Below, piece by piece: positions 60,068 to 64,000 of a DNA stretch of 64,000 nt. Each line of letters starts with the position of its first letter. Position 1 is the first letter of the stretch. The position numbers were made by a program, and so were the translations under genes. This DNA comes from Candidatus Moraniibacteriota bacterium (lineage in GTDB: Bacteria > Patescibacteriota > Minisyncoccia > Moranbacterales > GWC2-37-73). Under the pieces are notes generated by a model, which searched no databases, was not told the origin of the DNA, and worked only from the letters and a program-made list of their open reading frames with translations. The stretch is from assembly GCA_035390125.1 (NCBI GenBank), contig DAOOTD010000002.1:41908-105907 (forward strand), written 5' to 3'.

Positions 60068-60652
60068 ATGCGTATTGTAAAGTTAGTCGTATTTTTATTA
60101 ATAGCTGTTTGCTCTGTTTTACCACAAACAACATTAGCTAGTGAAAAAAGTATAAATGTGGAAGAAAATAAAAACACATTCTCAGAAATTATAGGCCTTC
60201 TTTCTCCCGGATCCATTACAATGAGAGAAAAAGCCTCTAGAGATAAAATGAAAAATGATTTTATCCTAAAAAAAGAAACCAAATCAGAAGAAGACATAAA
60301 AAGAGAACAAGTATTAAACAAATGGAAAGAAAAACAATATAAAAAATGGAAAAACTTGCCCGAAGGACAATTTAGAATAAATGCTTCAGCCTATACGGCA
60401 GCAGCCGATGAATGCGGTAAAAACGATGGAATTACAGCCTCGGGGCTAAAAGTGAAAGAAAACAGAACTATTGCCTGTCCCAAAGAATTTCCTTTCGGAG
60501 TTAAATTAAAAATAGAAGGAATGGGAATATACACCTGCGAAGATCGTGGGGGAGCGATCAAGGGTAATAAAATTGATATCTACATGGAAACAAAGAAAGA
60601 AGCATTTAGATTCGGGCGTCAGCATTTAAAAGCTGAAATTATCGAAGGATAA
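60068..60652 (+). CDS. 3D-domain (peptidoglycan-related) secreted protein
   Basis: ASAY..GITASG..CEDRGGAIKGNKIDIY. Confidence 0.88.
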   Translation: MRIVKLVVFLLIAVCSVLPQTTLASEKSINVEENKNTFSEIIGLLSPGSITMREKASRDKMKNDFILKKETKSEEDIKREQVLNKWKEKQYKKWKNLPEGQFRINASAYTAAADECGKNDGITASGLKVKENRTIACPKEFPFGVKLKIEGMGIYTCEDRGGAIKGNKIDIYMETKKEAFRFGRQHLKAEIIEG

Positions 60653-60759
60653 AAATTGAGAAAGAAACAAAAAACATCCGTTCAAAGCGGATGTTTTTTA
60701 ATATTTGTGGATTGACCTCGCATAATAATTTTGCTAATCTGAAAGAAGTTTAAAATAAT

Positions 60760-60830
60760 GGTCACATGGCGGAAAGGTTACGCAGCGGTCTGCAAAACCG
60801 CGTATGCCGGTTCAATTCCGGCTGTGACCT
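60760..60830 (+). tRNA. tRNA-Cys(GCA)
   Basis: GCGGT-CTGCAAA-ACCGC, U73. Confidence 0.95.
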
Positions 60831-60836
60831 CATTTT

Positions 60837-60920
60837 GCCCGGATGGTGGAATTGGTATACACAAGGGACTTAAAATCCCTCGGTAGTAATACCTTGCGAG
60901 TTCGAGTCTCGCTCCGGGCA
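60837..60920 (+). tRNA. tRNA-Leu(TAA)
   Basis: AGGGA-CTTAAAA-TCCCT, variable arm. Confidence 0.95.
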
Positions 60921-60936
60921 CAACTAAAAAAGAGCA

Positions 60937-61527
60937 TTACTGCTCTTTTTTTGTTTTTTCTAAAATCTTTGGAATTTTTCTGAAATCTTTTATGAGCACT
61001 TCGCGCATACTTCCATTATAGAGTGCAGCAGCCGGATGATAGAGCGCGTAGAAAACCCGGGAACCTATTTTGGGAAAATTTCGACGAAATGCTTTCCCGT
61101 GAACTTCAGAAATTTTCATAAGCGGGAAGAATCTTCCCAAAGAATGCCTTCCCAGCGTTATTATCAGTTTGGGATCAATAATTTCGATTTGTTTTTCTAG
61201 CCATGGCCAGCAAGCTCCAATTTCTTCCGGCAGCGGATCGCGATTTTCCGGTGGACGGCACTTTATTACATTGGCGATATAGATATCTTCACGTTTTAAA
61301 TTTATAGATGCCAGCATTTCATTGAGGAATTTTCCGGCTGCTCCGACGAAAGGAATTCCCATTTCATCTTCTTTTTTTCCTGGTGCTTCACCAATAAACA
61401 TAATTTCAGCTTCAGGATTGCCGTCCCCAGAGACAACCTGAGAACAACCTTTGCGGAGCGCGCAGTTATTACAGAGAGAAGCGAGCATATTTAATTGTTC
61501 CATTTGTTCCTTTTTTGTCATAAGCAT
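60937..61527 (-). CDS. Uracil-DNA glycosylase family 4
   Basis: C..C.L, GEAPG, PFVG, KCRPPENR, YHPAA. Confidence 0.93.
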   Translation of the reverse strand: MLMTKKEQMEQLNMLASLCNNCALRKGCSQVVSGDGNPEAEIMFIGEAPGKKEDEMGIPFVGAAGKFLNEMLASINLKREDIYIANVIKCRPPENRDPLPEEIGACWPWLEKQIEIIDPKLIITLGRHSLGRFFPLMKISEVHGKAFRRNFPKIGSRVFYALYHPAAALYNGSMREVLIKDFRKIPKILEKTKKEQ

Positions 61528-61528
61528 C

Positions 61529-62035
61529 TTATACTAGTTCATTTATTTTGATCAGATCAAATTTGTTATTTTCTGTATGCCACACCGCAAATGTTGGCGG
61601 ATAAATCTGATTGGCAACATTGCCGGGATTAAGAATCGTACGGTTGTTTATTTTTTCAGTCCATGGCTTGTGAGTATGGCCATGGAAAACGAAATCATAT
61701 TTTCCTGTTTCGCATAAGTTTTTAGCTGGTTCCGGCTTATGTACAAAAGCAATTTTTTGTTTTTCAATTTCAGCTTCGCCAAAGTCTTTGAATATTTTGG
61801 TGTGTTTGTATATATTATTTTCAAAAGGATAATTTCTGAGATAATCATCATCCATGTTACCGAAAACAAAAAATATTTCTTTCTGAAAATTATCATTCAG
61901 GAAATCCAGAGTTTCCAGCGACGCCAAATCTCCGCAGCAGATTGTTTTTTCAATTTTATGCTCACGGCAATAATCCAACACTTTCGTGAGATTGGTGATA
62001 TTGTCATGAATGTCAGAAATAATAGCGATTTGCAT
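61529..62035 (-). CDS. YfcE-family metallophosphoesterase
   Basis: SDIHDN, CGD, GNMD, GHTH, NPG. Confidence 0.9.
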   Translation of the reverse strand: MQIAIISDIHDNITNLTKVLDYCREHKIEKTICCGDLASLETLDFLNDNFQKEIFFVFGNMDDDYLRNYPFENNIYKHTKIFKDFGEAEIEKQKIAFVHKPEPAKNLCETGKYDFVFHGHTHKPWTEKINNRTILNPGNVANQIYPPTFAVWHTENNKFDLIKINELV

Positions 62036-62047
62036 AAATAAATAATT

Positions 62048-62800
62048 TTAATTTTTATCTAAAGTATTCTCCGGCAGTTTTTTCCAAAGCAATTCAAAAA
62101 TTGATTTCATGGTTTTGCAGACCTCTGTGCTTTCAATGATGGCTGCCATAGATTCTTTGGCTGATATCAAGGAAACTTTTGAATCACCATAAATATCAAT
62201 TTCAATCGAGAAAGGAAAATCTTTCGAGTCAATAAATTTCATCGACCTCAATTGCTCCTTATCTTTCTCCAAGAGATTTTTTGCATAATATTCCGTCTGG
62301 GGGACAATGGCTCTTACGGATATTTTATTTTTTACCCGATCTTTAATGAAGCTGTCCATCCATTCATTGCCCAAAACATCGGCCATGTTTTCAGATCCAA
62401 AGGCTAGAAATTCCTGTCCATGTTTCAGGGTGTCTTTGTAAACTTCTTTCACGCCCTCCGGTCCCTCGAAATAGGAAACATTTACTTTGCCTATGTTTTT
62501 CTTTTGCATTGCCAAAAGTTCCGGCAAAATTTCTTTGGCTTCGTTAAATTTTTGCTGAACTAAATTTATACATTCCTGGGGAGATTTAGCTATGTAGAAG
62601 CTTTTTTTATCTTGAGGGGTTTTCAAAACAAAGCCCCTTTTGACTAATTCTTCTAAAATAACATAGGTTGTTGGCTTTTTTAAGCCGCTTTTGAGGGCAA
62701 TATAATAGGCTGTAGCTTTTTGTAGAGGCAAAAGAGCTAAGTATACTTTAGCCTCTTTTTCATTTAAGCCCAAATTAATTAGTTTTTCAATGTATTCCAT
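62048..62800 (-). CDS. TrmB-family transcriptional regulator
   Basis: LGLNEKEAKVYLALL HTH, YFEGPEGVK, FELLW. Confidence 0.88.
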   Translation of the reverse strand: MEYIEKLINLGLNEKEAKVYLALLPLQKATAYYIALKSGLKKPTTYVILEELVKRGFVLKTPQDKKSFYIAKSPQECINLVQQKFNEAKEILPELLAMQKKNIGKVNVSYFEGPEGVKEVYKDTLKHGQEFLAFGSENMADVLGNEWMDSFIKDRVKNKISVRAIVPQTEYYAKNLLEKDKEQLRSMKFIDSKDFPFSIEIDIYGDSKVSLISAKESMAAIIESTEVCKTMKSIFELLWKKLPENTLDKN

Positions 62801-63073
62801 ATAATCTATTTTAGCATGTTTTTGCAGTATGGTCAATATTTTTGACGAATATATTATTTATATCAATATTTTGCTTTATTGAAGCAATAAATAGCTAGAT
62901 TATATATTCTCCATAATTGACTATTTGCTGTTTTTGGTATATAATAAGCTGTTAAGATGAAAATTAAAAAACATCCTAACAAGTTCATTGAAAATCAAAT
63001 AAGAATTTCTCCGAATATTATGCTATCCGGCCGGAAGCATAATATTAACTAAACTAAAAAAGGAGAAAAAATC

Positions 63074-64000
63074 ATGAAACAAATTACACAACATGGGTTG
63101 GGGAGAAAGAATGCGGGTAATTTGCAGACAATCTGGGTTGAACTGCCTGGTTACTGCAATTTAGCATGTTCCTACTGCTTTGCTCGCGGTGGAGAAAACA
63201 TTGATGTTGCAAATTTGTTGACCTGGGAAAATTATGAATTGATTATCGATGAAGCAAAAAAAATCGGAATCAATTCGATATCCATTCCAGGAGCTGGTGA
63301 GCCGTTCATCGCCAAGAATCTTGATCTGGCAATGAGGTTTTTGCATAAATGTAAAGAAGTCGGCATATTTGTAACTTTGTTTACAACTGCCGAATTCATT
63401 ACCGATGAATTGGCCGACGAGTTGTTTTCTTTACCAGTCGAATTGATGGTTAAGGGAAACAGTCTTAACCCGGAAATGCAGGATCGTTTTGTTTCTGACC
63501 CTAATCGTGGAAGAATTATTCACGGCTTTGGGGAAAGACGCAACGCGGCTATCGAACTTCTTATGCAACATGGCTTCAACGACGAAGCTAAGTGTATGGA
63601 AAGTTTCGGTTGCAAATCACGCATGGCACTGGTATCGTCGATCATGACGGACGAAAGTGAATTGTCCAACTATGATGAAATCGTAGACATCCTGCGGTTT
63701 TGTCGGAAAAACAATTTCATTTTCGATTGTGACAGTGTTCTGGGGATTGGCCGCGGTGCATCCTGCAGTCTTTGTACAGCAGACGAGAGATTGAAAGCCA
63801 AAATGATCGAGCTTCAGCGAGTTGATCGCGAAGAGTTCGGGAATTTTTGGGAAATCTCGCAGAGCTATGTCGGGGCGGTGTGTGATCGCTTCCATCACCA
63901 TTTATACATTAATCAGTATGGCGATATTCGCCCCTGTATTGGTGCAAATGGTGTGGATCTCGGAAACGTAAGAGGCATTTCTTTATTTGATGCTTTTAAC
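63074..64000 (+). CDS. Radical SAM protein (SPASM/twitch-like), runs off the window end
   Basis: AAGGAG SD, CNLACSYC, GAGEP, C...YINQYGDIRPC. Confidence 0.85.
   Translation, partial: MKQITQHGLGRKNAGNLQTIWVELPGYCNLACSYCFARGGENIDVANLLTWENYELIIDEAKKIGINSISIPGAGEPFIAKNLDLAMRFLHKCKEVGIFVTLFTTAEFITDELADELFSLPVELMVKGNSLNPEMQDRFVSDPNRGRIIHGFGERRNAAIELLMQHGFNDEAKCMESFGCKSRMALVSSIMTDESELSNYDEIVDILRFCRKNNFIFDCDSVLGIGRGASCSLCTADERLKAKMIELQRVDREEFGNFWEISQSYVGAVCDRFHHHLYINQYGDIRPCIGANGVDLGNVRGISLFDAFN

Noticed and set aside
372-63901. Numerous 60-190 aa ORFs antisense or out of frame within long genes
   Set aside because: Shadow ORFs of well-supported genes, with no motifs or RBS

Overview
AT-rich chromosomal window that looks like a Patescibacteria/CPR genome (Parcubacteria/Moranbacteria-like gene content; inference). 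Housekeeping and cell-surface genes: rnpA-yidC-jag, a flippase/GT2/O-antigen-ligase cluster, CPR pilins, lspA, dksA-like, yraN, pnp, rpsO, gyrA, rpsA, gmk, tilS, ftsH, cca, a RluA-family synthase, rplS, and 11 tRNAs. The main discovery sits at the 3' end of tRNA-Gly(GCC). A ~10 kb large-serine-recombinase (LSR) island, bounded by CCCGCTCAG cores, carries restriction-modification and RNase H cargo. It is followed by a tandem array of ~0.8-1.8 kb gene cassettes separated by ~105-bp attP-like repeats. The intact repeats share the tRNA core, show the 5-bp attP/attB motif offset typical of LSRs, and carry a terminator hairpin followed by a promoter. This looks like an integron-like cassette system run by a serine recombinase. 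Also notable: six parS palindromes embedded in all three frames of an intact O-antigen-ligase-like gene, two DnaA-box clusters flanking an unidentified ~500-nt highly structured non-coding locus, a 193-bp identical block shared by two pilin genes (one fused to an M15 peptidase), and a convergent UbiA/terpene-cyclase-like pair. All calls come from reading the sequence by eye; no searches were run.
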